Positions 1-14,254 of a stretch of DNA of 64,000 bases are shown in pieces (positions within the stretch are counted from its first letter, which is position 1; the number at the start of each line of letters is the position of its first letter). Source of the stretch: an uncultured Bacilli bacterium (lineage in GTDB: Bacteria; Bacillota_I; Bacilli_A; RF39; UBA660). The DNA lies in contig CAKOPN010000001.1 of assembly GCA_934100165.1 (NCBI GenBank), positions 30,279 through 94,278 of the forward strand, given 5' to 3'. Made by a program: the position numbers and the translations under genes. The notes beneath the pieces are model-generated. The model saw only the letters and a program-made list of their open reading frames with translations, ran no database searches and was not told the origin of the DNA.

Positions 1-426
1 AGATTAGTAGAGGATAAGACAAAAGATACGTTTAATACTTTGACTTATCTATATCATTATTTACAGTCAATGGAAACTACTAAGGAATTAAAATATATCT
101 TAGCATATATGTCAAAAGCTATGGGATTTACAGATCCTAATGAGTATTCCTTTAATCAAGAGCAACAGTTTAATTTTGAAGCTATATTATTCAGTGCAAT
201 GTCTCTTTATAGTTCTGGTAATGCTTCTAAATTAAGACTTGCTGAAACACATAAAAAGTTTGTAAAAGATATTGAACATAAAAACGAAGAAAAATTAAGC
301 AGAACTCAAGAGTTAAATACAGCTAAAATACAAGCTTTAAGGGAACTTGGATATACAGAAATAAATGAAGACAATGCTAAAGAAGTACTTGAAAAGATAG
401 CAGAAATCCAGTCTAGAAAAGTGTAA
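1..426 (+). CDS. 3' fragment of a gene that starts upstream of the window (the reading frame is open from nt 1; the ORF-track start at 40 is a TTG); hypothetical protein
   Basis: No in-frame stop from nt 1 to the stop at 424-426. Followed by a strong intrinsic terminator. No recognisable motif. Confidence 0.45.
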   Translation, partial: RLVEDKTKDTFNTLTYLYHYLQSMETTKELKYILAYMSKAMGFTDPNEYSFNQEQQFNFEAILFSAMSLYSSGNASKLRLAETHKKFVKDIEHKNEEKLSRTQELNTAKIQALRELGYTEINEDNAKEVLEKIAEIQSRKV

Positions 427-436
427 AGTAAAAAGA

Positions 437-466
437 GTAGGGGGCTTCCCCTACTTTTCTTTTTTT
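437..466 (+). terminator. Rho-independent terminator (stem agtagggg/cccctact, loop ctt, then T-run)
   Basis: Perfect 8-bp GC-rich inverted repeat followed by tttctttttttat, directly after the stop at 426. Confidence 0.8.
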
Positions 467-867
467 ATATATAAGTTATTAAAATATATAGTATAATTAA
501 CATAGAAAGAGAACAGAGTAGATAGATTGATAGAATAGAAGAGATTGTAATTCATTTAAATAAAAGTTATTTACAAACTTACTTTGATAGCAAAATACAA
601 TAAACATCAAGAAATAATAAATAAAATAAAATATTAAAAATACAAAATATTTAAGAATTATAATTCCAACAAAATATTAGATTATAGATTATTATATAAT
701 AATTAAATTAAAATCAAATAATATTTAAATATTTAAGTAATAAAATATAAAACACTACAAATAGGTAGAAAATAACATTTAATTAAGTGAACAACTTATC
801 ATCTAATTTATCATTTTACCTAACTTCCCATAATATGTGTTATGTTGCCTTTTAATAAAACAGAGAA

Positions 868-2097
868 CTACACATATAATTCCCTTACGTATATAATATA
901 TTTATTATTATCTTTAGATGATTTATATATTTTAATATTATCAATAAATAATTCTGGGTCATACAATAATATTACACTTTCATATGAAATATTATCATTA
1001 TCAACGTAAACTATCTTATATAAATATTTATTATTGCCAACATAAATTTTCTTAATTTCAAAATTATTTTTTTCTAAAACTATATTATAATCTTTTTTAT
1101 TTATAAAATTATCATCTGTAGCTAAAATGAAATCAGCTAAATCTTTCTGACTAATAAATAATTTAATAAAAAAGGCAATATATAATATAACTGTTAAACA
1201 ATTAAAGCTAAAAGCATCATACACATAATAGCTACTAAAAGAAATAAAATAAATAACTATAAAGAACAATAAATTAGATGTACGTTCTATGTCTCTTGCA
1301 AAATCAAAAGCATAGAACTCATTTAAACCTTCATGAGTGATATATACAGCATTATCTACCCTCTTCATTTCGAAGTATGTTTTCTTAACCTTTTTAACCA
1401 AAACATAAATAAGTATTACTAAAACTAAAATGTTTATAATAAACATATATTTAAAATTACAATTTATAAGTAAAATATATATTAACATAAATGCAACATA
1501 ATTAAACAAGGTTGATAAAATAAACTTAGTAGAAAACTTAATGCTATCTATATAAGTTTCTTCCTCTTTTGACATCGTACAAAATTCACGATTTTTAATA
1601 ATAAATGTAATGAAGACTAAAATAGAAATTGCAACTAATAAAATAGCCAATAAGTTTCCACAACCTATTATATCTGCATTTCCTACTCTCCCTACTCTAT
1701 CACACAAAACAACTGTTAAGAAAGAAAAATAAACAATATTAAAAACATAATTATATTTGCTATTACTTTTATTAACGTAAATCATTTTTTTTATTTTTCT
1801 ATCTTTTGATGAAAATACAAAGTAAAAATATGAGCATAAAGAAGTCAAAAACAAAGCAAAATCAATCATATTATACAAATTATTGATGTTCTCAAAGAAA
1901 AACATATAAACAAAATATATAGTGTTAAAAAGTATTATTGTAATATTATATAAATTATTTTTATCAATTATTTTGCTATATATATCACACCTTTCTACAA
2001 ATGAGTAATCACTTTCATCTTTTTTTTGCCTTACAATTTTAAACTTTTTCGTTAGAAATATGTTTATAAATATAAATAACACATAGATTAAATACAT
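868..2097 (-). CDS. Hypothetical polytopic membrane protein with extremely AT-rich codon usage
   Basis: 409-aa ORF with many hydrophobic segments. A cytoplasmic Tyr/Asn/Lys-rich C-terminal third. No recognisable catalytic motif. Confidence 0.45.
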   Translation of the reverse strand: MYLIYVLFIFINIFLTKKFKIVRQKKDESDYSFVERCDIYSKIIDKNNLYNITIILFNTIYFVYMFFFENINNLYNMIDFALFLTSLCSYFYFVFSSKDRKIKKMIYVNKSNSKYNYVFNIVYFSFLTVVLCDRVGRVGNADIIGCGNLLAILLVAISILVFITFIIKNREFCTMSKEEETYIDSIKFSTKFILSTLFNYVAFMLIYILLINCNFKYMFIINILVLVILIYVLVKKVKKTYFEMKRVDNAVYITHEGLNEFYAFDFARDIERTSNLLFFIVIYFISFSSYYVYDAFSFNCLTVILYIAFFIKLFISQKDLADFILATDDNFINKKDYNIVLEKNNFEIKKIYVGNNKYLYKIVYVDNDNISYESVILLYDPELFIDNIKIYKSSKDNNKYIIYVRELYV

Positions 2098-2197
2098 ATA
2101 AAAACCACCACCATTATATAAATAATTGTATCATTTTATTAATAAATAATAAATAATATTTTAATATTTGTTAATTATATAAATATGGAGGGTTATA

Positions 2198-2374
2198 ATG
2201 AAAAAGAAAAAAGAAAATTCATCAATAAAATGTGACGTTAAAAGCTGCGAACATAATAATTGTAATATGAATTGCTGCATGCTTGATGAAATAAAAGTAA
2301 GTTGTTGTTGTAATAGTGAAGATGTTAGTAATAAAGATGAAACAATTTGCAGCAGTTATAAAAAGGCAGAATAA
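2198..2374 (+). CDS. Small Cys-rich DUF1540-family protein (58 aa), absent from the ORF track
   Basis: RBS ggaggg is 7 nt upstream of the ATG. Protein MKKKKENSSIKCDVKSCEHNNCNMNCCMLDEIKVSCCCNSEDVSNKDETICSSYKKAE. The C-x-V-x2-C-x-H-N motif is typical of DUF1540. A terminator follows. Confidence 0.6.
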   Translation: MKKKKENSSIKCDVKSCEHNNCNMNCCMLDEIKVSCCCNSEDVSNKDETICSSYKKAE

Positions 2375-2376
2375 AA

Positions 2377-2405
2377 CTCTAGAGAGAATTTTCTCTAGAG
2401 TTTTT
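2377..2405. terminator. Bidirectional intrinsic terminator (palindrome ctctagagag ... ttctctagag flanked by A-run and T-run)
   Basis: 10-bp inverted repeat with aatt loop, ttttt on the plus side and aaaa on the minus side. Lies between convergent genes (DUF1540 on +, deoB on -). Confidence 0.75.
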
Positions 2406-3573
2406 ACTTTAATTTATCTAAAAAGCTTTGACCTATAGGTGGTGCTTCTACATCAAAATTTTCTGCTATAGTAGCTCCTATATCAGCCATACTATTTAAT
2501 ATATCAAGTTTTCCAGGAGTCCTAAACATTCTACTAAATACCATAACAGGAACATTTTCTCTTGTATGGGCATTACCAGGAAAAGTAGGATCATTACCAT
2601 GATCTGCAGTAATTATAAGTAAATCATCATTTTCAAGTTTATTTAAAATCATAGGTACTTCTACATCAAATTCTTCTATCGCTTTAGCATAACCGACAGA
2701 ATCCCTATTATGACCATACATAGCATCAAAATCACTAAGATTAGCAATGCAAAGTCCTGAGAATTTTTTACTCATAATATCAGTTAATTTATTGATAGTA
2801 TCCATGTTATTAAATGAAGATTTAATTATTTTAGTAATACCTTGGCCATCAAAGATATCGCTAATTTTACCTATAGAAATAACACTATAATCATGTTCTT
2901 TTAAAGAATCCATTATACTCTTGCTAGGAGGACTAACAGCATAATCACATCTATCAGAAGTAAATTTGAATTTACCAGGCTTACCAGTAAATGGTCGTGC
3001 TATTATTCTAGCAATTCTCCACTGATTATCTAAAGTAATTTTTCTGATTCTCTCACAATAGTTATATAATTTTGGAATAGGAACAACATCTTCATGTGCA
3101 GCAACTTGTAATGTAGAATCTGAAGAAGTATAGACAATTAGACCACCATAAGATAAATGTCTCTCACCTAGTTCATTTATTATATCTTCACCATTTTCAA
3201 CTTTGTTTCCAAGCACACTCATACCTGTAACAGCTTCAATTTGAGCAATTAGTTCACTAGGGAAAGCCTTTTCACTAAAAGTTTTAAAAGGAGTTGTACT
3301 TCTTATTCCAACAATTTCATAATGAGAAGTTAAACTATCTTTGCCAACGTTTGTAGGTCTAGCGATAGTATAATAAGCATCAACATCATCATTATCATTC
3401 ATATTGATAGTATCCGTAAATCCTAATCTTTTTAAATTGGGAATAAACATATCATAGCTTTCCATTACATGTTTTAAGGTATTAGCACCCGTATCTCCAT
3501 AATCATTTGCATCAATAGATTCTCCAACACCTAAAGAATCTAATATCAATAAAAATACTCTTTTAAATTTCAT
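2404..3573 (-). CDS. deoB: Phosphopentomutase
   Basis: N-terminus MKFKRVFLLILDSLGVGE and overall length typical of DeoB. Alkaline-phosphatase-like metal-site residues. Confidence 0.9.
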   Translation of the reverse strand: MKFKRVFLLILDSLGVGESIDANDYGDTGANTLKHVMESYDMFIPNLKRLGFTDTINMNDNDDVDAYYTIARPTNVGKDSLTSHYEIVGIRSTTPFKTFSEKAFPSELIAQIEAVTGMSVLGNKVENGEDIINELGERHLSYGGLIVYTSSDSTLQVAAHEDVVPIPKLYNYCERIRKITLDNQWRIARIIARPFTGKPGKFKFTSDRCDYAVSPPSKSIMDSLKEHDYSVISIGKISDIFDGQGITKIIKSSFNNMDTINKLTDIMSKKFSGLCIANLSDFDAMYGHNRDSVGYAKAIEEFDVEVPMILNKLENDDLLIITADHGNDPTFPGNAHTRENVPVMVFSRMFRTPGKLDILNSMADIGATIAENFDVEAPPIGQSFLDKLK

Positions 3574-3582
3574 ATTTCTCTC

Positions 3583-4470
3583 CTATTTTTTACTTCTTGG
3601 ATGATATTCAGTATAATCATCTTTTATTTTATTATTTGTAATATGAGTATAAATTCTCGTTGTAGATATATCACTGTGTCCTAAAAGTTCTTGTATACTT
3701 CTCAAATCAGCACCATTTTCAAGTAAATGAGTAGCAAAACTATGTCTTAACGTATGAGGTGAAACATCCTTTTTAATTCCTTTTTCAAGCAAGATCTTTT
3801 TAAGAATTTTAAAGAAGCTAAATCTACTCATTCTAGTTCCAAAACAGTTCAAAAACAAATAATTACTATTTTTTTCTTTTAATAAATATTTTCTGTTATC
3901 TAAGTATAAATTTAAATATTCAATTATATATTCACCAATTGGTACAATTCTCTCTTTATCACCTTTACCAACACATCTAATTATACAGTTTTCAAAATCT
4001 ACATCATAAACTTTTAAATTTAATAATTCTGATATTCTAAGACCAGTACCATAAAGAAGTTCTAGCATTGCCTTATTACGGTAGTCGTATGGGGTATTAA
4101 GAGAAATATCAAGCAATTTATTCACTTCATCAACAGTAAGTGTATCTGGTAGTTTTTTCTTTATTCTAGGCCTTTCAACAGTAATAGATACATCGGAAGG
4201 CACTATACCACAAGCGTTTAAATATTTGTGAAAATTCTTTATTGCAGTGAGTTTCCTAGCAATTGAAGTAATTTCATAGTTCTCTTTTTTCAAGAACTCT
4301 AAATATTTAGTTATATCTTCTTTTGTAATATCACTACTCTTCTCTACCCTTCGCTGTTTTAAAAAGAGTACATACTCATCTAAATCATTTTTATAAGAAG
4401 AATATGTATTTTTAGCATTCCTTCGTTCAAATTGTAAATAATAGATAAAGTTTTCTACATCATCATTCAT
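3583..4470 (-). CDS. xerD: Tyrosine site-specific recombinase, XerD-like
   Basis: C-terminal catalytic motifs HTLRHSFATHLLENGADLRSIQELLGH and RIYTH (catalytic Tyr). 10-nt gap to deoB. Confidence 0.75.
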   Translation of the reverse strand: MNDDVENFIYYLQFERRNAKNTYSSYKNDLDEYVLFLKQRRVEKSSDITKEDITKYLEFLKKENYEITSIARKLTAIKNFHKYLNACGIVPSDVSITVERPRIKKKLPDTLTVDEVNKLLDISLNTPYDYRNKAMLELLYGTGLRISELLNLKVYDVDFENCIIRCVGKGDKERIVPIGEYIIEYLNLYLDNRKYLLKEKNSNYLFLNCFGTRMSRFSFFKILKKILLEKGIKKDVSPHTLRHSFATHLLENGADLRSIQELLGHSDISTTRIYTHITNNKIKDDYTEYHPRSKK

Positions 4471-4597
4471 ATTACACCTTCAATAACATTACATATAAAT
4501 AATATATTTAATAAGGCTTTTTGTCAAATTTAAATAGCATTTAATTGAAAAATAAAAACTTTTTTAGTATAATTTATATGCATTGTGAGGTGATTTT

Positions 4598-5824
4598 ATG
4601 GATGTCCCTTTAGCACTTAAATTAGCACCAAATTCTATTGATGAAGTAATCGGGCAAAAACATTTACTTGGCGAAGGTAAAATATTAAGAAACCTAGTAA
4701 AAAATAAGAAAATACCTTCTATGATTCTTTATGGTAGACCGGGAATTGGCAAAACTTCTATTGCAAATGCAATTGTAAAAGACTTAAATGTCAGATATAG
4801 AAGCTTTAATGCTACTATAAATAATAAACATGATTTTGATGTTATCGTTGAAGAAGCCAAAATGTATGACGGAATGATTGTAATAATAGATGAAATACAT
4901 AGATTAAATAAAGATAAACAAGATCTTTTACTTCCACAAATAGAAAGTGGGCTAATCACTATAATTGGTATGACAACAAGCAATCCTTATCACAAAATAA
5001 ATCCTGCTATAAGAAGTAGATGTCAGTTATTTGAGTTATTACCTCTAGAAGAAGATGACATTAAAGAAGGACTCAGAAGAGCAACAAAATACAAGGATTT
5101 AGAAGGGATTGAAATATCGGAAGATGCTATTGATTATATTGCTGCACTTTCAGGAAATGATTTAAGATTTGCCTATAACCTATTAGAAGTTGCATTTTAT
5201 GCTTCTAATGATAAAAAAATAGATGTTGAAGAAATTAAAAAGATAAATAATAAACCTGCTTTTTTCCATGACAAGAACGAAGATGGTCACTACGACGTGT
5301 TAAGTGCTTTTCAGAAATCCATAAGAGGAAGTGATGTTAATGCATCACTGCACTACTTAGCAAGACTACTTGAAGCTGGTGATTTAGATAGTATATATAG
5401 AAGGTTAAGTGTTATATGTTATGAAGACATTGGCTTAGCTAATCCATCAATAGGACCTAGACTTCAAGCTGCGATACAAGCTTCAGAATTAGTCGGTTTT
5501 CCAGAAGCAGTTATACCCATGGGAGAAATTGTTATTGAAATGGCATTATCACCTAAATCAAACTCAGCTTATTTAGCCATAAACAAGGCTCTAGCAGACG
5601 TTAGAACAGGAAAGTGTGGAAAGGTACCAACTCACATCAATTCAACAGCTGTAGGCTATTTATATCCACACGATTACCCAGGAGATTTTGTTGTTCAAGA
5701 ATATCTTCCAGAAAACTTAAGGAAAAAGAATTACTATGAACCAAAAACGACATCACAATATGAAAGAATGCTGATGCAAATAAAAAATTCAATAGATCAA
5801 AAAAAGTCTGAGTATTATAAATAA
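4598..5824 (+). CDS. rarA: Replication-associated recombination protein A (AAA+ ATPase RarA/MgsA)
   Basis: Walker A GRPGIGKTS, Walker B VIIDEIHR, MgsA C-terminal helical domain. Confidence 0.85.
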   Translation: MDVPLALKLAPNSIDEVIGQKHLLGEGKILRNLVKNKKIPSMILYGRPGIGKTSIANAIVKDLNVRYRSFNATINNKHDFDVIVEEAKMYDGMIVIIDEIHRLNKDKQDLLLPQIESGLITIIGMTTSNPYHKINPAIRSRCQLFELLPLEEDDIKEGLRRATKYKDLEGIEISEDAIDYIAALSGNDLRFAYNLLEVAFYASNDKKIDVEEIKKINNKPAFFHDKNEDGHYDVLSAFQKSIRGSDVNASLHYLARLLEAGDLDSIYRRLSVICYEDIGLANPSIGPRLQAAIQASELVGFPEAVIPMGEIVIEMALSPKSNSAYLAINKALADVRTGKCGKVPTHINSTAVGYLYPHDYPGDFVVQEYLPENLRKKNYYEPKTTSQYERMLMQIKNSIDQKKSEYYK

Positions 5825-5945
5825 AACTCAAGGCTTTTTATTTTTACTTTTTTAATATTAATATATTATATATTTTATGTCTACATAACAAAAAACTAAT
5901 AACAAAAGAAGTTATTTTTCTAATAAAAGTAAATATTTAAAAACA

Positions 5946-6341
5946 TCATCTTATCATTCTTTTGGTATATTCATCTTTAATAAGCAAATGCCCACTTTTA
6001 GTATAATCACCAGAATGTTCTCTTTCAAAAAACAAAAGAAGATCATCAATCTTCTTTATATTATACATATCAACTCTTCCCTTAATATTTTCATCAATCA
6101 TCTCAGACGTAATAGAATCAAAAATATCTAAATCAACTTTTTCTATTGCATGTAAATAAGGATGCGACGTAAATCCATTTAACACAGCACCATTTTCAAT
6201 TGTCATAGGCCCTTTTAACCTACGAGGTATTATTAAATGATGATAACTTGCATTATTCTTATTTACCGCATATCCCATGAAATCGTACCCTAAATCTTTT
6301 ATTTTGTACATGTTGAACATAAGTCTAGTGACAGTTTTCAT
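5946..6341 (-). CDS. Hypothetical protein. Likely start is MKTVTRL at 6341 (RBS ggtga); the ORF-track start is at 6401
   Basis: ORF with an RBS. Contains an SYHHLIIPRRLKG segment. No family assignable from sequence alone. Confidence 0.4.
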   Translation of the reverse strand: MKTVTRLMFNMYKIKDLGYDFMGYAVNKNNASYHHLIIPRRLKGPMTIENGAVLNGFTSHPYLHAIEKVDLDIFDSITSEMIDENIKGRVDMYNIKKIDDLLLFFEREHSGDYTKSGHLLIKDEYTKRMIR

Positions 6342-6414
6342 TATATCACCTCTTACTACATTATATTCAACACAAAAAAAATCAACATTACTGTTGACCA
6401 AAAATCATTTGTTT

Positions 6415-7542
6415 TTATTTATCATTTTTTCTAGTAAATTTATCAAAACTTTCTATTTTACTATCAGTTAAATCAGTTTCATCAAGTTCTTCAAATAAAC
6501 TTTTTTGACTGCGTGATATTTTTTTAGGAACTCTAACATCAAGGACAATATACATATCACCTTTACTTCTATTAGCCCTATTATCTACACCTTTGCCTTT
6601 AATTCTTTGTTTATCACCAGTATTGCTTCCACTAGGTATAGTAAGGTTAATATTGCCATACAAAGTAGGTATTTCCTTTTTACATCCAAGAACAGCTTCA
6701 GTAACTGTAATTGGCACAGTAACATAAATGTCATCACCATCACGCTTAAATACATCATGTTCTTCTACAACAAACTCTAGATATAAGTCTCCATTAGCTC
6801 CACCATTAATTCCAGCTTCACCTTTTCCAGAAAGTCTTAATCTACTACCTGTATTAACACCACTTGGAATATTTACAGTAATAACCTTATTTTTAAGTAC
6901 AGTTCCATTACCATGGCAAGCAGAGCATTTTTTCTCAAATGTTTTACCAGTACCACCACAAGTAGAACATACTGTCTTAGACATAAATGCTCCAAACAAT
7001 GTTCTTTGTTCTTTAGTTACAGTACCACTACCATGACAATCTGGACATGTTTTTTCATTAAAGCCACCCTTACCATCACATTCATCGCATTCTTCATTAA
7101 CTTCTAGTTTTAATTCTTTCTCACATCCAAATACAGCCTCTTCAAAAGTAAGTCTAATTCTCATTAGACGGTCACTTCCATCACGTGCACGAGAAGATGG
7201 TCGAGATGATGCTTGATTGAATCCGAAACCACCACCAAATATATTGTCAAAAATATCTGAAAAATCAAAGCCTGATGCATCAAAACCAGAGAAACCACCA
7301 GCACCAGCAGCGCCTGCGCCATCAAAAGCTGCATGACCAAATTGATCATACTGTTTTCTTTTTTGCTCATCTGATAACACTGAATAAGCTTCTTGTACTT
7401 CCTTAAACTTTTCTTCAGCATTAGCTTCTTTACAAACATCTGGATGGTATTGTTTAGCTAAACGTCTAAATGCACTTTTAATTTCAGCTTCACTGGCATT
7501 TTTATCTACACCAAGAACCTCATAATAATCTTTTTTATTCAT
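6415..7542 (-). CDS. dnaJ: Chaperone DnaJ
   Basis: J-domain with HPD (KQYHPDV), G/F-rich region, four CxxCxGxG zinc-finger repeats. Confidence 0.95.
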   Translation of the reverse strand: MNKKDYYEVLGVDKNASEAEIKSAFRRLAKQYHPDVCKEANAEEKFKEVQEAYSVLSDEQKRKQYDQFGHAAFDGAGAAGAGGFSGFDASGFDFSDIFDNIFGGGFGFNQASSRPSSRARDGSDRLMRIRLTFEEAVFGCEKELKLEVNEECDECDGKGGFNEKTCPDCHGSGTVTKEQRTLFGAFMSKTVCSTCGGTGKTFEKKCSACHGNGTVLKNKVITVNIPSGVNTGSRLRLSGKGEAGINGGANGDLYLEFVVEEHDVFKRDGDDIYVTVPITVTEAVLGCKKEIPTLYGNINLTIPSGSNTGDKQRIKGKGVDNRANRSKGDMYIVLDVRVPKKISRSQKSLFEELDETDLTDSKIESFDKFTRKNDK

Positions 7543-7553
7543 ACTTCACCACA

Positions 7554-9365
7554 CTACTTTTTAATATATTCTTTATAAGTTTTTTCAAACTCCTCTGTAA
7601 GATCTTCAAACATCTTTATAGCACTTTCATAAACTTTTTTATCTGTTAAATCAACACCTGCTATCTTTAACTCATTATTTGGAGCAAGTCTACTACCTTG
7701 TTTTAAGAATTCAAGGTAATTTTCTCTAGCATTTTCTTTACCAGATAAAATGCTTTCTACAATATAACATGCTGCAGAAAGCCCAGTAGCATATTTATAC
7801 ATATAGAAATCATAATACAAATGTGGCATTCTTTCCCATTCATATTCAATTTCCTTATCTACCACAACACCTTTGCCATAATATTTTTTATTTAATTCAT
7901 AAAATTTTTCTGCTAGTATTGAAGAAGTAAGTGCTTCTTCTTTTTCTACTTTATCAAATAAGAACTTTTCAAACTCTTCATACATTGTCTGTCTATATAT
8001 AGTACCTTTAAATAAACTCATAAGTAAATCAAGAATATAAAGCTTCTCTTCTGCACTCTTTGAGTTCTTAATCATATATTTAGCAAACAACAATTCATTA
8101 ACTGTAGAAGCAACTTCTGCTACTACTATAGAATAGTTACCATAAACAAATGGATTATTATTTCTAGAATAATAACTATGTACTGAATGGCCAAGTTCAT
8201 GAATAAGCGTTGAAACATCATTATATGAACCTTGAAAATTAGTTAGTATATAAGGATATGTATCATAGCAGCCCCCAGAAAAAGCTCCACCAGTCTTACC
8301 AGTATTAGGAAGTAAGTCTATCCATTTTTCTTTGAAAGCTTTATCTATTATATTAGAGTATTCTTCTCCGAAAACACTTGTTACATCTTTTATAATGTCA
8401 ACTGCTTCTTTATAAGTAAATTTTCTTTCATACTTGCTTACAATCGGAGCATATGTATCGTATATATGTAATTCATCAAGTCCTAATATTTCTTTTTTTA
8501 TTTTATAATATTTAAAGAGTGGAGAAAGTCCTGATTCAACACTATTTACAAGGGTTGTAAACACTTTTTCATCGAGTTCATCATCATACATTAGTGAATA
8601 TAATGAACTTTTATATCCTCTTATCTTACAAAATGTAGAAGTTTGTTTAATATGAGCATCTAAAAGAGAAGTAAATGTTGTTTTATATCTTGCATAAGTA
8701 CCATACAATTGTTTAAATGCACTTTCCCTTACTTTTCTATTCTTTGATTCAATAAAATTGCGATAATTTGTATTTGTTAAAATAACATCTTTACCATCTT
8801 CATCTTTAATAGTTCCAAAATCAATATCAGAATCTGTAAGAGAAGAATGTATTGATTCAACATCAGAGAAAGCTTTATTTAAACTAACTAAAAGTTTTTC
8901 GCTTTTTTCATCTAATATATATGCTTTTTCTCTAAAATATCTTTTAAAATATATTTCATATTCTCTAAGTTTAGGATATTCATCGTACATTTTTTCTATT
9001 GTTTCATATTCGCATTTTAATAATTTTGGACCATAAAATGCAGCTTTTTCACTTAATTTATGATCAAGATTAAGTGCATCCTCTCTTAACGCTATAGAAG
9101 ACGTATCTGCAATATTCTCATTATATTTAAGACTTGCATAAGTATAAATCTTTTGAATTAGTCTAGAGGTATCCATAATTATTGTAGTTGTATCATATAA
9201 ATTTTTGGCACTATCTAGCATAGTGTTTTCATGTTTAGGAACTTTTTCAATTAGTTTTAAAGCTTTACTAATATCTTTTCTAAATTCTTCTTCTGTTTTA
9301 TATATTTTTGTTAAGTCCCATTTGTACTGCTCTTCTACTTCACTTCTAACTTTTATCTTCTCCAT
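7554..9365 (-). CDS. pepF: Oligoendopeptidase F (M3B family) located between dnaK and dnaJ
   Basis: HEXXH zinc motif LIHELGHSVHS. 603 aa, typical of PepF. RBS aaaggag upstream. Confidence 0.85.
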   Translation of the reverse strand: MEKIKVRSEVEEQYKWDLTKIYKTEEEFRKDISKALKLIEKVPKHENTMLDSAKNLYDTTTIIMDTSRLIQKIYTYASLKYNENIADTSSIALREDALNLDHKLSEKAAFYGPKLLKCEYETIEKMYDEYPKLREYEIYFKRYFREKAYILDEKSEKLLVSLNKAFSDVESIHSSLTDSDIDFGTIKDEDGKDVILTNTNYRNFIESKNRKVRESAFKQLYGTYARYKTTFTSLLDAHIKQTSTFCKIRGYKSSLYSLMYDDELDEKVFTTLVNSVESGLSPLFKYYKIKKEILGLDELHIYDTYAPIVSKYERKFTYKEAVDIIKDVTSVFGEEYSNIIDKAFKEKWIDLLPNTGKTGGAFSGGCYDTYPYILTNFQGSYNDVSTLIHELGHSVHSYYSRNNNPFVYGNYSIVVAEVASTVNELLFAKYMIKNSKSAEEKLYILDLLMSLFKGTIYRQTMYEEFEKFLFDKVEKEEALTSSILAEKFYELNKKYYGKGVVVDKEIEYEWERMPHLYYDFYMYKYATGLSAACYIVESILSGKENARENYLEFLKQGSRLAPNNELKIAGVDLTDKKVYESAIKMFEDLTEEFEKTYKEYIKK

Positions 9366-9384
9366 ATTTCTCCTTTATAATAGT

Positions 9385-9411
9385 GAAGTTCTAGTAATTA
9401 GCTAGAACTTC
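9385..9411 (-). other. Stable perfect 10-bp hairpin (gaagttctag / ctagaacttc) in the dnaK-pepF intergenic region, not followed by a U-run
   Basis: Inverted repeat seen directly in the sequence. Candidate processing or stability element. Confidence 0.5.
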
Positions 9412-9427
9412 TACTCATCTTATATTA

Positions 9428-11862
<2,435 letters not shown>

Positions 11863-11873
11863 TTATTATCTCC

Positions 11874-12863
11874 TTACTTATTCTCAATATTGTTTTTTAT
11901 AAATTCTAAGAGATTGACAACCCTATCATATTCCATTCTTTTTGGTCCTATGACAGCAATTGTACCTTCTTCTGTGTCAGTTCTATATTTCGTTTTAACA
12001 ACTGTCATATCTGGGTCAATATCACTTTCTTTTCCAATATAAACTTTAACATCGTTAGAATCATCTTTTTCCATAATATTTTCTATCGTTTCATCGTCAA
12101 GTTTATCAAGAACTTTTGTTACTTTATCTACACTGTTAAATTCAGGTAGCTTAAGGATATTTTTCTTACCAACAACATCAACATTCTTATTTGTAAAACT
12201 TGTAAATACGTTGTAGAAAACATTATAAAGTAATTCATGTTCTCTTACATAATTACCGATAATTGGTTTTACTTCAAATTCAAGTTTAGAAGAAACTTCA
12301 TCAATCGGTGTTCCAATAATTAAATTGTTTATAAGAGTAACCGTTTTTTTGACTTCGTCAAGGCTGATACCAGGAACATCTATTGTTTTATGTTCAACGA
12401 AGCCTTTATCTGTTATTACTATCACCGTCATTTTTGAGTTATCTAGAGGAATTACGTTAACTTCTTTCAAAATATTGTCATGTGATTTAGTACCTAACAC
12501 TACAGAAGTGTAATTAGTAATATCAGAAACTATTTCCAAGCTTTGCTTTAAACAGTCAGAAAGTTCCAATTGTTTATTGCTAAATATAAGCTGTAATTTA
12601 AGCATATCTTCACCGCTTATTTCTTTAAGCTTCATTAAATTATCTACATAATATCTATAGCCTTGCTCACTTGGTACCCTACCACTAGATGTATGTGTTT
12701 TTTCAAGTAGTCCAAGTTCTTCAAGTGTAGCCATTTCACTTCTTACCGTTGCACTAGAACATTTAAGTCTATCGCATATAAGATTAGAACCAACTGGTTT
12801 AGCAAGCTTAATGTATTCTGAGACAATTAACTTTAATATTTCATTTTGCCTATTGGTTAACAT
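11874..12863 (-). CDS. hrcA: Heat-inducible transcription repressor HrcA
   Basis: N-terminal winged-helix region MLTNRQNEILKLIVSEYIKLAKPVGS. First gene of the dnaK operon. CIRCE elements lie upstream. Confidence 0.9.
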   Translation of the reverse strand: MLTNRQNEILKLIVSEYIKLAKPVGSNLICDRLKCSSATVRSEMATLEELGLLEKTHTSSGRVPSEQGYRYYVDNLMKLKEISGEDMLKLQLIFSNKQLELSDCLKQSLEIVSDITNYTSVVLGTKSHDNILKEVNVIPLDNSKMTVIVITDKGFVEHKTIDVPGISLDEVKKTVTLINNLIIGTPIDEVSSKLEFEVKPIIGNYVREHELLYNVFYNVFTSFTNKNVDVVGKKNILKLPEFNSVDKVTKVLDKLDDETIENIMEKDDSNDVKVYIGKESDIDPDMTVVKTKYRTDTEEGTIAVIGPKRMEYDRVVNLLEFIKNNIENK

Positions 12864-12872
12864 ATTAGCCTC

Positions 12873-12899
12873 CTAGCACTTCTATTTCCACAGTGCTAA
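12873..12899 (-). promoter_or_regulatory. CIRCE operator copy 2 (cTAGCACTT-n9-cAGTGCTAA), promoter-proximal
   Basis: Matches the CIRCE consensus TTAGCACTC-N9-GAGTGCTAA with two mismatches. Overlaps the hrcA 5' UTR. Confidence 0.8.
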
Positions 12900-12918
12900 A
12901 TACATTATAATATTATGC

Positions 12919-12946
12919 TTAGCACTTGTCAATATATGAGTGCTAA
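12919..12946 (-). promoter_or_regulatory. CIRCE operator copy 1 (TTAGCACTT-n9/10-GAGTGCTAA)
   Basis: Near-perfect CIRCE inverted repeat upstream of hrcA. Confidence 0.9.
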
Positions 12947-13035
12947 TTTTTTTATTTTTTTTGTAAAAAAACTACTGAATTTAATATTATTCAGTAGCAT
13001 ATTTTTTTTCTTTGCTTTATAAGGAACATTAATAA

Positions 13036-14175
<1,140 letters not shown>

Positions 14176-14254
14176 TCAAAATGGTTATTGTAAAATACTA
14201 AAAATTATGATAAATTTAAGGAGTAAAATATATGTAAAAGAGGATATAAAAAAT

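Noticed and set aside
3583-4470. Integrase of an integrated element or prophage
   Set aside because: XerD-like recombinase in conserved deoB context. No phage or conjugation genes nearby. The tRNA-adjacent island at 26-32 kb has no integrase of its own.
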